Source: Nitrososphaeria archaeon
Lineage (GTDB): Archaea > Thermoproteota > Nitrososphaeria > Nitrososphaerales > JAAOZN01
NCBI GenBank assembly: GCA_029775855.1
Contig: JARVJZ010000001.1
Span: 64,001 to 128,000, forward strand
Reading direction: 5' to 3'
DNA: 64,000 bases
Part shown: one piece after another, positions 49,574 to 59,903 of the stretch
Layout: every line of letters starts with the position of its first letter
How positions within the stretch are numbered: position 1 is the first letter of the stretch
Notes under the pieces: generated by a model
The model's input: only the letters and a program-made list of their open reading frames with translations
Databases searched by the model: none
Told to the model about the DNA's origin: nothing
Translations under genes and position numbers: made by a program

Positions 49574-50503
49574 TTGGCTTCCGAAGTCAAGCCTTCATTA
49601 GTTCTAGGTCAAACGGTTGCTTGCCCAGTTTGCACCTCAACTTCTATAATAATAGACACTTCGGCGGGCGAAGTGCTTTGTAAGATGTGCGGTGCCGTGC
49701 TTAATGAGAGCGTACCTACTTTTACGCCTGAATGGAGAAACTTTGGAGACAATGATAATTCAAGGGCTGGACTACCATATACACTGCTCTCTTGCGATAA
49801 AGGGCTATCAACAACGATCTCTACATCATGTAAGGATGCCAATGGTAAAGCTATATCTGCTGAAGAAGCTGAATTGATCAATAGGATTCGTCTACTCGAT
49901 AAACGTGCCAACTTGCAGAACTCAACCAACCGTTCGCTGCAAAAAGGGTTAAGGGAACTCGAGAAGATCGCGGATAAGCTTGGAGTAAGCAAGACCATAT
50001 TGGAGCAAGCTGCTTGGATATACAGGAAAGTCCTTAAAGAAGGCTTCACAAGAGGTAGGCCTATCCAAGCAACAGCAGCTGCTGCGTTATATGCTGCTTG
50101 TAGAGATTTAGAGACACCTAGAACCATAAAAGACTTTGCAGCAATCACGAATGTATCAAAGAAAGACTTGGCTAGATGCTATAGGAAACTGTTATCAGTA
50201 ATAGATCTTCAGCTCCCTATCGTTGACCTCATGAAATGTGTATCTAGAGTAGCTGCAAGTGTAGGCTTCGGTGAACGGGCTAAACGAAGAGCGATAGAGT
50301 TGGTAAAGTTAGCACAATCTTCTGGGAATGTGACTGGTAAAGATCCCATGGGTACTGCCGCTGCAGTCCTTTATATTGCAGGAACATTAGAAGGGGAGCG
50401 TGTGCGGCAAAAAGATTTAGCTAAGGCTGCTGGCGTGACTGAAGTAACAATCAGAAATAGGTGTAGAACTCTTAAGGGCTTTTTGAAGATGAACAGTTTA
50501 TAA
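49574..50503 (+). CDS. tfb: Transcription initiation factor IIB, second divergent paralog
   Basis: CPVC..CKMC ribbon, PEWRNF, GKDPMG, VTEVTIRNR. Confidence 0.93.
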   Translation: MASEVKPSLVLGQTVACPVCTSTSIIIDTSAGEVLCKMCGAVLNESVPTFTPEWRNFGDNDNSRAGLPYTLLSCDKGLSTTISTSCKDANGKAISAEEAELINRIRLLDKRANLQNSTNRSLQKGLRELEKIADKLGVSKTILEQAAWIYRKVLKEGFTRGRPIQATAAAALYAACRDLETPRTIKDFAAITNVSKKDLARCYRKLLSVIDLQLPIVDLMKCVSRVAASVGFGERAKRRAIELVKLAQSSGNVTGKDPMGTAAAVLYIAGTLEGERVRQKDLAKAAGVTEVTIRNRCRTLKGFLKMNSL

Positions 50504-50556
50504 AAGCGAGTGCTCTTTGGGTTAGATTTATATCCACGACCTAACCCGCCTAAAGG

Positions 50557-50582
50557 CTGTTAAGCTTGATAGCGCTTAACAG
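50557..50582 (+). promoter_or_regulatory. Perfect 9-bp hairpin in the presumed dnaG leader
   Basis: CTGTTAAGC-TTGATAGC-GCTTAACAG, about 25 nt downstream of a TTTATAT box. Confidence 0.5.
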
Positions 50583-50599
50583 AGTAGGTAGATATAAGT

Positions 50600-51724
50600 T
50601 TGCCAGAACCGGGTATAGTAAAGTATCTAGTGAAGTTAAAGTTCGATGTAGAGGGTGTTGTTGAAAAAGCTGATGTAATCGGAGCGATCTTCGGTCAAAC
50701 TGAAGGATTGTTTGGCCCAGAGATGAACCTAAACGAGCTTCAAAAATCTTGGAAGGTGGGTAGGATAGAAATCAGCATAAGTTCAAAAAATGATAAAACA
50801 AGCGGCGAAGTTCTAATTCCGATGTCTACAGATATATCAACAGCTGCACTTGTAGCAGCGGCTGTTGAAAGCGTAGATAAAGTAGGGCCTTGCTCAGCGC
50901 ATTTCACGTTAGTAGGAATAGAGGATGTACGGGCTGCTAAGAAGAAGCTTATCGTTGAGCGGGCTAAGCAGATTTTAAGAGAATGGGCTTCAAAAACTAT
51001 GAGTGAAAGCGAAGAAATCGTCCGAGACGTCATCGAATCGACAAAAAGGGCTCGCCTAATTTCTTTTGGCAAAGAGGGGCTGCCTGCTGGACCTGGGGTA
51101 TATACAGCTGAGAAGATAATTTTGGTGGAAGGAAGGGCTGACGTGATAAACCTACTTAGAGCGGGTTTCGAAAACGTTATCGCCCTTGAAGGTGCAAAGA
51201 TACCTGAGTCGTTGATTAGATTTATCCGAGAAAAGAAGGTTATACCTTTTTTAGACGGAGATAGAGCTGGCGATCTAATACTGCGTGAATTAGAGCAAGT
51301 AGGTGCAAATATAGAACGTGTGATTAGAGCGCCGAGAGGCAAGGAGGTTGAGGAGTTGACACCCGTTGAGATCATAGAGCTGTTAAGAGAAGAAATTAAA
51401 CCTGTTAAACACATTCAAGTAGAAGACGCTTTTACTGGAAAGGTAAAAGACCTTTACAACACTCTTAACGGCACCTTGGAAGCTGTAATACTCGACGATG
51501 CTTTAAATGAGGTTGCACGAATGCCTGTTAACGAGCTCTATACGCGTTTGGAAAATGCAAGCGGGTATGCTCACATCGTCTTTGATGGTATTATAACGCA
51601 GAGGCTTGTAGATGCTGCTTCAAAGATCGGTGTAAAGACGCTTATTGGGCATAGATTGGGTGAGCTACAAAATATACCAAATGGTATTAAAGTCAACACT
51701 TTCAAAGATCTTGGAATAGAGTAG
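50600..51724 (+). CDS. dnaG: Archaeal DnaG (TOPRIM; exosome-associated type)
   Basis: DVIGAIFGQTEGL, VEGRADV, DGDRAG, FDGIITQRL. Confidence 0.95.
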   Translation: MPEPGIVKYLVKLKFDVEGVVEKADVIGAIFGQTEGLFGPEMNLNELQKSWKVGRIEISISSKNDKTSGEVLIPMSTDISTAALVAAAVESVDKVGPCSAHFTLVGIEDVRAAKKKLIVERAKQILREWASKTMSESEEIVRDVIESTKRARLISFGKEGLPAGPGVYTAEKIILVEGRADVINLLRAGFENVIALEGAKIPESLIRFIREKKVIPFLDGDRAGDLILRELEQVGANIERVIRAPRGKEVEELTPVEIIELLREEIKPVKHIQVEDAFTGKVKDLYNTLNGTLEAVILDDALNEVARMPVNELYTRLENASGYAHIVFDGIITQRLVDAASKIGVKTLIGHRLGELQNIPNGIKVNTFKDLGIE

Positions 51725-51734
51725 CATCTATACG

Positions 51735-52799
51735 TTGATAATCCATAAGTTCAACCCTAAGAAGGGTTTCATAGTCTTAACGCCTGAAGATGAAGATGAT
51801 CTTTGGGCGTTAAGAAGAGTGATAGAGCAAGGTGATTTATTGACTACACATGCGACTCGCTCCATTAAGCAGCAGGGTGAGTTCGTTAGGCCAGATAAAG
51901 GTAAGCGTATACCTGTTCGTTTAACGCTTGAAGTTGAAAAAGCGAGTATAGACAGTAGCTTGGGTCGTCTTAGGGTCTTTGGGCGGATATTTGAGGCTTC
52001 AGATGAGTCGGTTAAGAAAGGTGCTCACCACTCTTTCATTATAACACCAGATAAGCAAATTGAGCTTCAGAAAAATGCTTTCAGCAATCTGCACCTAAAT
52101 ATACTTAAGGCTTCTTCCACCTCTGAACCGAGCTTCATCATAGTCGCATTAGATAGAAGAGAAGCGGCAGTAGCTAGAGTTAAGGGGTCCCATCTTACTA
52201 TTATTACTAACATCGAATCCCATGCTGCTGGTAAAGCATTTCCGGAAGCCGCTGCAACTCAAACTTACTACCAGAAGATTTTAGAGGCTTTAAGAAGCAG
52301 TGTTAGAGAATGCGAGAAGATCTACATCGTAGGCCCAGGGGCTACCAAAAACGCTCTAGCAAACGTGATAAAAGAAGCAGATAAGAAGATGGGCAGCAAG
52401 GTTCTTGTTTTGGAGGGTATAGATGTGGCTGGTGAAGATGGTGCACGGATGGCTCTAAAGTCCCCTACCCTTCAGACGCTCTTAAAGGATAGCAAGCTCA
52501 TTAAAGCATCGTCTCTTGTGAAGGAGATTCTGCTTCGAATCTCAAAGAACGACAATAGAGTCGCTATAGGTCTGGATGATGTGGTTAAAGCTAGTGAAGT
52601 AGGTGCTGTAGAGTGCCTTCTTATCTCAGATAAAGCATTTGAGGATGAGAGGAATGAGGAGAGGTTAGTTCACGTCTTAAATAAAGTTGAGTCAAGCAGA
52701 GGTCAGATCTACTTAATGGACTCTTCGACTGAAGTCGGTCTTCAAGTATCTGCTTTAGGAGGGGTTGCAGCGCTGCTCCGCTACGCCGTATCAAGCTAA
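51735..52799 (+). CDS. pelA: Pelota (Dom34) ribosome rescue factor
   Basis: EDEDDLWAL, GAHH, GPG, GAVECLL, ALGGVAALLRY. Confidence 0.92.
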   Translation: MIIHKFNPKKGFIVLTPEDEDDLWALRRVIEQGDLLTTHATRSIKQQGEFVRPDKGKRIPVRLTLEVEKASIDSSLGRLRVFGRIFEASDESVKKGAHHSFIITPDKQIELQKNAFSNLHLNILKASSTSEPSFIIVALDRREAAVARVKGSHLTIITNIESHAAGKAFPEAAATQTYYQKILEALRSSVRECEKIYIVGPGATKNALANVIKEADKKMGSKVLVLEGIDVAGEDGARMALKSPTLQTLLKDSKLIKASSLVKEILLRISKNDNRVAIGLDDVVKASEVGAVECLLISDKAFEDERNEERLVHVLNKVESSRGQIYLMDSSTEVGLQVSALGGVAALLRYAVSS

Positions 52800-53108
52800 A
52801 ACTTCAAGCATCCACTTCAAGTAGCTTTCGCCGAGAGAATCCACTTTGATCTCAAGCAGCTCTGGAACCTTATAGCTGTGAGTTTTAAGAATCTCTTCCT
52901 TTAAATTATCTGCCTTTGACGACACGGTCTTGTAAATAACCAAGTATTCAAAACCATCCTCTACTTTACCCTCCCATGTATAGATTGATCTTACTCTAAA
53001 GAATGTTGAGCACGCTGCAAGTTTTCTCTCAACCATAGCCTTCGCAGCATATGCTGCCTCCTCCTCAGAGCCGTAAGTTGTTAAGATTATGCTTGCATCA
53101 CCCAACAT
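52791..53108 (-). CDS. cutA: CutA divalent-cation tolerance protein
   Basis: LAAC, SIYTWEG, HSYKVPE, YLKW. Confidence 0.92.
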   Translation of the reverse strand: MLGDASIILTTYGSEEEAAYAAKAMVERKLAACSTFFRVRSIYTWEGKVEDGFEYLVIYKTVSSKADNLKEEILKTHSYKVPELLEIKVDSLGESYLKWMLEVLA

Positions 53109-53156
53109 CAGCCACCAACTTTGTCATAATCAGCTACATCTCTTTATGGCTATCGA

Positions 53157-54398
53157 TTACTGAAACAAGAGATAAGGGAAAAATAACATAGAGAGGACTA
53201 AACCTAATACTATGAAGGTTACTCCCAGCGTAAGCCTCTTCACAAAAGCTTCACTGGCAACATTCCTAAGTGCGCCTTGTAGAAGTGCCCTAAAAGTCTG
53301 CCCGCCGTCAAGTGGATAGATGGGTAAGGCGTTAAAGATAGATAAGTTAAAGTTTACGAACCAGATCCAGAAGAACACGTTAGCCAACACAGGTAGAATA
53401 GGGCCTAGTGGTGATTTGTAGAAGCGTATCATAAGATCTGAAAAGGGTATAAGTTCTTGATTAGACGTTGAAAACGTGGGCCAAACCAGATAAATAAATG
53501 GGTTGAAGCTCCAAGCGTTTCTATAATTATCCAAAGCTTCTCTAAGAGCTACACCGCCCAACCCAAGATAACCTCGAGAGGAGTTATAGGGGTTTGCGGC
53601 AACAGAAACCTCAGCGCTATAGGAGCCCACCACAACACCAGCAGACAACCTTACAAACCCAAGTGTCACGACATCTCCAGGCTTAAGATTAGAAAACACA
53701 TTATAAGCATCAGCCATCTTCGTAATGTTAACATAGTTCACCGAGATAAGCACATCACCAGGCCGTATCCCAGCTGTATAAGCAGGGTACCCCTCAACAA
53801 CAGTAGACACGCCTATACCGTCAACGACTGGAGACGCGGAGCCGAGCATCATAAGCAAAATCAATAGACTAGCCAAAGCAACAACCATATTCGAGCCAGG
53901 ACCAGCGGCTAGAACCCTACCAGAATCCCTTGCTCTAGCCGCGCGTATCTCCTTATCATCAACTTCTACAAACGCGCCTATAGGTACAACTAGAAAGAAT
54001 AGTAAGCCTACAGATTTAACCGGGAATTTAAGACTCCTAGCTAACACGCCGTGAGCCCCCTCATGAACAACTAATCCAACTATAAGCGCAATCCAGCCGT
54101 ATACTATAGGAAGATAAGGGTTTAAACCGGGTATAAGGAGGTTCGCTAGCGGCGTAACAGAGCGTATAAACTCTCTTGCGAGTGCGTTTGATATTATGAG
54201 ATTTACTGAGCGTATCACGATATAGAGTCCCAGTATCGCTATAATAGGCATAAGAATCGTAAAGAGCCAACCCAGCCGATTAGTTAAAGAGTAGCTGCCT
54301 AGCTTATCAAGTAAACCAAGACCACGCCTACTCTTAACGATAATAAACGGTGGTTGAAACTCTAACATCCGAAACTTCTTCCTTTCCTCAGTAGACAA
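53157..54398 (-). CDS. Site-2 protease (M50) with PDZ domain
   Basis: HEGAH, AGP, NALPIYPLDGG; PAYTAGIRPGD PDZ segment. Confidence 0.92.
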   Translation of the reverse strand: MSTEERKKFRMLEFQPPFIIVKSRRGLGLLDKLGSYSLTNRLGWLFTILMPIIAILGLYIVIRSVNLIISNALAREFIRSVTPLANLLIPGLNPYLPIVYGWIALIVGLVVHEGAHGVLARSLKFPVKSVGLLFFLVVPIGAFVEVDDKEIRAARARDSGRVLAAGPGSNMVVALASLLILLMMLGSASPVVDGIGVSTVVEGYPAYTAGIRPGDVLISVNYVNITKMADAYNVFSNLKPGDVVTLGFVRLSAGVVVGSYSAEVSVAANPYNSSRGYLGLGGVALREALDNYRNAWSFNPFIYLVWPTFSTSNQELIPFSDLMIRFYKSPLGPILPVLANVFFWIWFVNFNLSIFNALPIYPLDGGQTFRALLQGALRNVASEAFVKRLTLGVTFIVLGLVLSMLFFPYLLFQ

Positions 54399-54458
54399 CG
54401 CGTCTTCTAAACCATGGTTAAAAGTTCACCTATATAATCTAGTAAGCCTAACTATCCA

Positions 54459-55406
54459 TTGATAGCTATGCAGAGATGCCTAAGATGCGGTGGAGAACCT
54501 TTCTATTACAGAAAGTACTCTGGTGAAATGCTTTGCAGAGGGTGCTTCGTAGATTCCATCCTAGAAAAGACTAGGAGAACGATATCAAAGTATAAGATGC
54601 TTAAGTACGGTGATAAAATCGGTGTAGCAGTTTCAGGTGGAAAAGACAGTCTATCTCTACTACATATATTAGCAAACATAACAAAAGGGCATGCCTCAGA
54701 GATCGTTGCGCTTATCGTTGATGAGGGCATAGAAGGATATAGGGAAGAAGCGGTAAAGCACGCCGTAGATGAAGCGAAACAACTAGGAGTAAAATATCAT
54801 ATACTTAGCTTCAAAGAAGCATACCACATAACACTAGATGAAGCCATCAAACAAAGACAAGACAGTGATCTAGCATCCTGCACAATTTGCGGTACTCTAC
54901 GTCGAAGAGCTTTAGACCTACTCGCTAAAGATGCCGGAGTAGATGTTTTAGCAACAGCCCACAACTTAGATGATGTACTCCAAACCTTCATCATGAATCT
55001 ACTTTCAGGCAGCACGGAGCGGATTGTAAGAAGCAAGCTCTCTGAAGATTCTCCACCCATCTTTCTAGTGAGGCGTATAAAGCCTCTAATGGAGATACCT
55101 GAAGATGAAGTAGCACTCTTCGCTTACCTTAGAGGAATACCTTTTCAAAGGGCAACTTGCCCCTATATGAATGAATCCATAAGGTCAGAAGTTAGATCTA
55201 TACTCAATGAGATGGAGTTAAAGCATCCGGGAATAAAGTTTAACCTACTTAGATCATACCTTACAATATCATCAAACTTAAAAACAGAAGCAAAGAATTC
55301 AATCTGTAGCATCTGTAGTGCACCATCCTCAAATAAAGTCTGCGCTGTCTGTACAATTCTAACTCGGATCAAACACGAAGAGTCAGCAAACAAAATAGCC
55401 AAATAA
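54459..55406 (+). CDS. tRNA 2-thiolation protein (NcsA/TtuA/Ctu1 family)
   Basis: Terminal Zn fingers, SGGKDS, CTICGTLRR, AHNLDD, CPY. Confidence 0.9.
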   Translation: MIAMQRCLRCGGEPFYYRKYSGEMLCRGCFVDSILEKTRRTISKYKMLKYGDKIGVAVSGGKDSLSLLHILANITKGHASEIVALIVDEGIEGYREEAVKHAVDEAKQLGVKYHILSFKEAYHITLDEAIKQRQDSDLASCTICGTLRRRALDLLAKDAGVDVLATAHNLDDVLQTFIMNLLSGSTERIVRSKLSEDSPPIFLVRRIKPLMEIPEDEVALFAYLRGIPFQRATCPYMNESIRSEVRSILNEMELKHPGIKFNLLRSYLTISSNLKTEAKNSICSICSAPSSNKVCAVCTILTRIKHEESANKIAK

Positions 55407-55427
55407 TACCCACAAGTAAATCCTATT

Positions 55428-55744
55428 GGTGGCGGGGAGGGCTGGGAGGCTAGCCGTCTCCCGAACCTGAAAACGGCTATACGCAGGGGCCAGCAACCAT
55501 CAGGTAAAACACCATAACCGAAGCACCCGCCAACTAGATGGGAATGAAGCCGCGCTGCGGTGGGTAGCAGCAAGGAGCAACCCTCTCGAAGGAGAGGTGT
55601 TGACTCTCAACCGCCGAACCGGGTCAGGTCCGGGAGGGAGCAGCCCTAAGGCGGGGCTGTCTACGCTGCTGCATCTACGTGGTAGACTTCATCTGGTTGG
55701 AGATGGGGTTTGGCTGTGGTGTGAATTCTGGTGGAGCCGCCACC
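55428..55744 (+). ncRNA. ffs: Archaeal SRP (7S) RNA
   Basis: About 317 nt, GC-rich; termini GGTGGCG / CGCCACC pair; helix-8 signature GGGTCAGGTCC-GGGA-GGGAGCAGCCC with a GNRA loop. Confidence 0.93.
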
Positions 55745-55783
55745 GTTCTCCTGAATTCAGTTATCCAAAAATCTTTTCCCAAC

Positions 55784-55969
55784 TCACTCCGACCAGTATA
55801 TGAGGGCTAGCCCTATTATGAGTAGTATGATTCCTCGCCCTACCGTGTCCCAGCCTAAGTTAAAAGGCTCGAATCTCCAGTATCCAGTTATGTAAGCGTT
55901 GCCAAGATGTATGCCAGCAAATAGGCATACCAAGCCTCCAACATACTTTGTATACTTTCTCCACTTCAA
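55784..55969 (-). CDS. Small two-TM membrane protein
   Basis: 61 aa with two hydrophobic helices; starts 3 nt after the aRF1 stop. Confidence 0.55.
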   Translation of the reverse strand: MKWRKYTKYVGGLVCLFAGIHLGNAYITGYWRFEPFNLGWDTVGRGIILLIIGLALIYWSE

Positions 55970-55972
55970 ATA

Positions 55973-57217
55973 TTACACCTTATAGCGTAGAAGAGCTGCA
56001 ACGCCACCAAAGCTCTTTAACATAGCCCCTTCTTCACTTCTAGACGAGATCACCTCAACGTTAGCGCTTGATATGTTAGCTTGGTCTTCTAGGTATTCTA
56101 TAAAATCCATCTCTGAGACCTCGTATTCTAAGGAGCCGCAGTTATCACAAGGTGTGCTTAGAAGCCTCTGCTTTTCTTGAATATAGTTTACTCTAGGCAC
56201 GTTGACTTCACGCGTAAAACCGCATTTACTGCAGACCGCCTTCATATGCAGCCATTCAAGGTCTTCAGAGACCAAAACAGTTTCTGCGCTGCCCTTTTGG
56301 AGCGCGTCTAAAACATCCTTAACACTGTAGGCTGCTAGACCATTTGACGTGTTGACTTCTCTAAGAAATCTGTTTACTAGCTTTTTCTCTTCAATCAATC
56401 TAACATCTTGTAGAACATCGGCGGCTTTATCAACAAGTTCTCTTAATCCTTCACGCCCAGCATAAGATGTATCGAATACAGCCAAAACGATCCTACGCAA
56501 CCTATAATCAAGAAATTCACCTTTTAAGAATGTATCCTTTGTCCCACCGGGTCCACCAACTATAAGCCCCTGAACGGTTTTCTCTTCAAGTAAAGCCTTG
56601 TTTACATGTCTAGCTACTCTATGGTAGTACTCTGTAAGTTCCATCTCTCTCAGCCTCTCAAATCTTCGTGCAGATTGCCCTCCTGCTCTATGCTTGCCGC
56701 TTACACCAGAAGTTATTTCGTCAACTACCTCAAACCTAGAGCCTGCAATTATCCCTACAGCTGCTTCTGTAGCATCTATAGAGAGTAGCCCTATGGTCTT
56801 CTCCTCCTTTAGCATATCCTTTAATATGTCGAGGTGGAAGTGGTCGTCACATCGATATAGGTAAGTCTGAACTGGTTTAGGGGGAAAGACTTCATATAGA
56901 AAGATTGTTTCACTTCCAGGACCATTAGTAGGTAAAGCGCCGCAGAAGATAACTAAACCATTTTCAGGTGTTGCTTTATATAGCTTAAGCCGCTGCATAG
57001 TTTTAACAAGAGCATCCATCACATGATTTCTTGTTGAGTCTGATTTGATGTTTGATGCTGTTCCATATTCATCCCTCAAAGCGGCTATAACTTCGTGCAG
57101 AGCCTTCTTCGGCGGAATATACAAGGAAATAAGCTCAGTCCCCCGCCCCTTCTTTTCAGAGAGTTCGCTCAAAAGGCGCTTCACCTTGTATAATGCGACA
57201 GAGCTAGAAGTAGGCAC
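55973..57217 (-). CDS. prf1: Peptide chain release factor aRF1
   Basis: NIKS, YRCD, GGQSARRF; CSKC/CDNC minidomain. Confidence 0.97.
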   Translation of the reverse strand: MPTSSSVALYKVKRLLSELSEKKGRGTELISLYIPPKKALHEVIAALRDEYGTASNIKSDSTRNHVMDALVKTMQRLKLYKATPENGLVIFCGALPTNGPGSETIFLYEVFPPKPVQTYLYRCDDHFHLDILKDMLKEEKTIGLLSIDATEAAVGIIAGSRFEVVDEITSGVSGKHRAGGQSARRFERLREMELTEYYHRVARHVNKALLEEKTVQGLIVGGPGGTKDTFLKGEFLDYRLRRIVLAVFDTSYAGREGLRELVDKAADVLQDVRLIEEKKLVNRFLREVNTSNGLAAYSVKDVLDALQKGSAETVLVSEDLEWLHMKAVCSKCGFTREVNVPRVNYIQEKQRLLSTPCDNCGSLEYEVSEMDFIEYLEDQANISSANVEVISSRSEEGAMLKSFGGVAALLRYKV

Positions 57218-57362
57218 AACGCTTCACCTTAAATCATTAAATCGAGTTTACCAGCAGCCAATCTAAATCTTCTTCAAAAAGCTTCTTAGCAACACCTTAT
57301 AAACTTACGGATTAAACAAGTTTAAGAACCAGTGTCTACAAATAGGTATCTAGTAGTCGGCG

Positions 57363-57917
57363 ATGCTCCCCGATCTTGAAGAGATCCGTAACATCAGATT
57401 AAGGCTTGGTTTAACTCAGAGGAAGCTAGCATCTTTAGTTGGGGTAAGCACTTCGCTAATAAATCAGATTGAGTCAGGCAGAAGTAAACCGAGCTACGAG
57501 ACCGCTAGGAAGATTTTCCAAGTACTAAATGGGCTTGAAGCTAAGACCTCTCCTAAGGTTGGTGATATATGTAGCAGAAGCGTGATATCAGTCTCAGGTA
57601 AAGATACTGCCGCTTATGCCGTTGAGGTGATGAGGAAGCACGGTTTTAGTCAGCTTCCTGTCTTTGACGGCGAGAAGGTGATTGGGCTTATCACGGAAGA
57701 GGGGATTATGAGGAAGATGATGAGCGGGGATCCCGATAGAGTGGGCAAGTCTTTGGTTTTTCAGATAGCCGATGCTCCGCCACCTATAGTTGATACCTCA
57801 ACACCAGCTAAGGCGATTATTCCTCTCGTAAAGTATTGTAAGGCGGTCTTGGTCGCAGAGAAGGGTAAGATCATTGGTATAATAACCGCTGCTGATCTGC
57901 TTAAAATGGTTGAGTAA
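57363..57917 (+). CDS. XRE-HTH plus CBS-domain regulator
   Basis: LGLTQRKLA...QIESG; FSQLPV; GIITAAD. Confidence 0.9.
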   Translation: MLPDLEEIRNIRLRLGLTQRKLASLVGVSTSLINQIESGRSKPSYETARKIFQVLNGLEAKTSPKVGDICSRSVISVSGKDTAAYAVEVMRKHGFSQLPVFDGEKVIGLITEEGIMRKMMSGDPDRVGKSLVFQIADAPPPIVDTSTPAKAIIPLVKYCKAVLVAEKGKIIGIITAADLLKMVE

Positions 57918-57924
57918 GCTCTTT

Positions 57925-59166
57925 CTACTCCTTTCTTAAGGCTACTACAGGGTCTAAGCTAGCAGCCCTCCAAGCCGGGTAAACTCCAGCTATCAAGCTT
58001 AAAATTACGCTGAAGAGCAAAACTGTAAGCAGCATATCTGGTGTGAAGATGGGCTGTATATTGAATGTTTGAATGCTCTGTGTGTTAAATTCATTAAAGG
58101 TTTCGTTGTTTCCACTAAGTAAACCTATAAGGAGATAGGCTGCTCCTATTCCACCTATGTTGCCTACAATTCCCCCTATCACACCTATTAACAACGCTTC
58201 CCCTAAAAATAGCTGTATGATTGATAGTTTCGGGAACCCTATGGCTTTAAGAAGCCCTATCTCACGTGTTCTTTCTAGGACTGATGTGTAAAGCGCTGCA
58301 AAGATTCCTACAGCTGCAACGATGAGTGATACGCTTGCTATGCTTCCTAGGAAGGTGTTTATAGTTCCGGTTATGTTTTGAATCGTTCTGATTATTGATC
58401 TAGAGGAAAAGATTTCCGCGCCACCTCCAAAGATCTCCTTTAATTCATTGGTCACCGCGTCTACGATATCAGCGTTTTCAGTTACAACATAGAGTCCATC
58501 ATATCTTCCGCCCCTACCTAAGAAGGCGTTGGCTGTTTGCGTGGATGTGAAGACCATGCGATCTACGGGTATGAACATTCCTTGGCTACCCATATAGTCG
58601 AGCACGCCGTCAACGAGCAGATTTCTTGTTTCTATTATGCGTCTACCTTCAACTACACTACTTATTTCGAGAACAATTACTTGCCCTACATCTATAAAAT
58701 TCTCTTCACCCGGGGGGTTGCTGATGAGGTTGCCTACAAGAACCGTTGGTTCATTCTGAGAACCAAAGCGCCCCTCCTTTAACCTTAAAGTTGGAAAGAT
58801 TGTCGTGAGTCTACTTCGATCTATCCCAACCAAAGTAGCTGTTATAGACTTCCCAGAAGATTTAACTGTAAGCACCTGTTGTATGAAAGGTTCACTTAAA
58901 ACTACGCCAGGTATGCGCTCTACTAACGCTGCGGTTTGGTCTGTAATCTTAGCTGCAGACCCGCTTCTAAGTCCTCCGGGTATAACTATTATTACGTTGG
59001 CTCCGAGTGTGCTGAATTCTTTTATTAGATAGTCGTTCAGTCCAGCAGACATGCCGTTTAATCCTGTTAGTAGGGCTGTGCCTACAACTACCATGATTAT
59101 GGTGATGGTGGCTCTAAGTTTTCTTTCTATTAGTGCTTGATAGGAGAGTTTTAGTAGTTTGAGCAA
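57925..59166 (-). CDS. MacB/FtsX-like ABC transporter permease
   Basis: SVLERTREIGLLKAIG; YPAWRAASLDPVVALR. Confidence 0.92.
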   Translation of the reverse strand: MLKLLKLSYQALIERKLRATITIIMVVVGTALLTGLNGMSAGLNDYLIKEFSTLGANVIIVIPGGLRSGSAAKITDQTAALVERIPGVVLSEPFIQQVLTVKSSGKSITATLVGIDRSRLTTIFPTLRLKEGRFGSQNEPTVLVGNLISNPPGEENFIDVGQVIVLEISSVVEGRRIIETRNLLVDGVLDYMGSQGMFIPVDRMVFTSTQTANAFLGRGGRYDGLYVVTENADIVDAVTNELKEIFGGGAEIFSSRSIIRTIQNITGTINTFLGSIASVSLIVAAVGIFAALYTSVLERTREIGLLKAIGFPKLSIIQLFLGEALLIGVIGGIVGNIGGIGAAYLLIGLLSGNNETFNEFNTQSIQTFNIQPIFTPDMLLTVLLFSVILSLIAGVYPAWRAASLDPVVALRKE

Positions 59167-59177
59167 CGTTGCATCAA

Positions 59178-59903
59178 CTAGTATATTGTCTTCTCTAGGC
59201 TTATGTCTTTCTCTACAGTGCCGTCTCTGAGTCTTATTATTCGATGGGTTTGGTTGGCTACTTCCATGTTGTGTGTGACTATGATGAAGGTTGTGTTAAA
59301 TTTCTTATTCAAGTCTTGTACCAATTTGACGATTTCTTGTGTGGTTTTGCTGTCAAGATTACCTGTTATTTCGTCACCTAAGATTATAGAAGGGTTTGTG
59401 ACTAGGGCTCTTGCAATAGCAACTCTTTGCTGCTCTCCTCCACTGAGTTCATTAGGCTTTCTATTTATCTTGCTGCCTAGCCCTACTGCTGTTAGTAAGT
59501 TGATTGCCCTTCTCCTTCTTTCATCTGGGTCAATTTTTCTTATGAGTAAAGGTAGCTGCACGTTATCGATTGCTGTTAGACGTGGTATTAGGTTGAATGC
59601 TTGGAAGACAAACCCTATCTTTCTGTTGCGGAGTTCTGCCAAATCCTTGTCGCTGAGTCTATAGATGTCTACTCCATCGATGTAGACCTTTCCTGAAGTA
59701 GGTCTGTCTAAGGCTCCTAAGAGGTTCAACAGCGTGGATTTACCGCTACCTGAGGGTCCGACAACAGAAACGAGTTCTCCTCGCTTTATGGTTAACGAGA
59801 CTCCCTTTAATGCCGAGTAAATCTCTTTCCCGGTCACATAGTCTTTTCTAAGATTAATGGTCTTTAGCACCACTCCGTCTTCGCCCGTCTTTTTTGCCAG
59901 CAA
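59178..59903 (-). CDS. LolD/MacB-type ABC ATPase
   Basis: GPSGSGKS, LSGGEQQR, DEITGNLD, VTH. Confidence 0.95.
   Translation of the reverse strand: MLAKKTGEDGVVLKTINLRKDYVTGKEIYSALKGVSLTIKRGELVSVVGPSGSGKSTLLNLLGALDRPTSGKVYIDGVDIYRLSDKDLAELRNRKIGFVFQAFNLIPRLTAIDNVQLPLLIRKIDPDERRRRAINLLTAVGLGSKINRKPNELSGGEQQRVAIARALVTNPSIILGDEITGNLDSKTTQEIVKLVQDLNKKFNTTFIIVTHNMEVANQTHRIIRLRDGTVEKDISLEKTIY

Noticed and set aside
6652-52799. Frequent 3' overlaps of convergent genes (e.g. 6652-6674, 25023-25034, 45726-45746, 52791-52799)
   Set aside because: Common in compact archaeal genomes; nothing indicates specific antisense regulation.
55428-55744. RNase P RNA or a novel ncRNA
   Set aside because: The helix-8 signature and length fit SRP RNA, and the RNase P GAGGAAAGTCC-type motif is absent.
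55163-55803. ORFs 55163-55573 (-) and 55597-55803 (+)
   Set aside because: They overlap the SRP RNA and arise from stop-poor GC-rich sequence.
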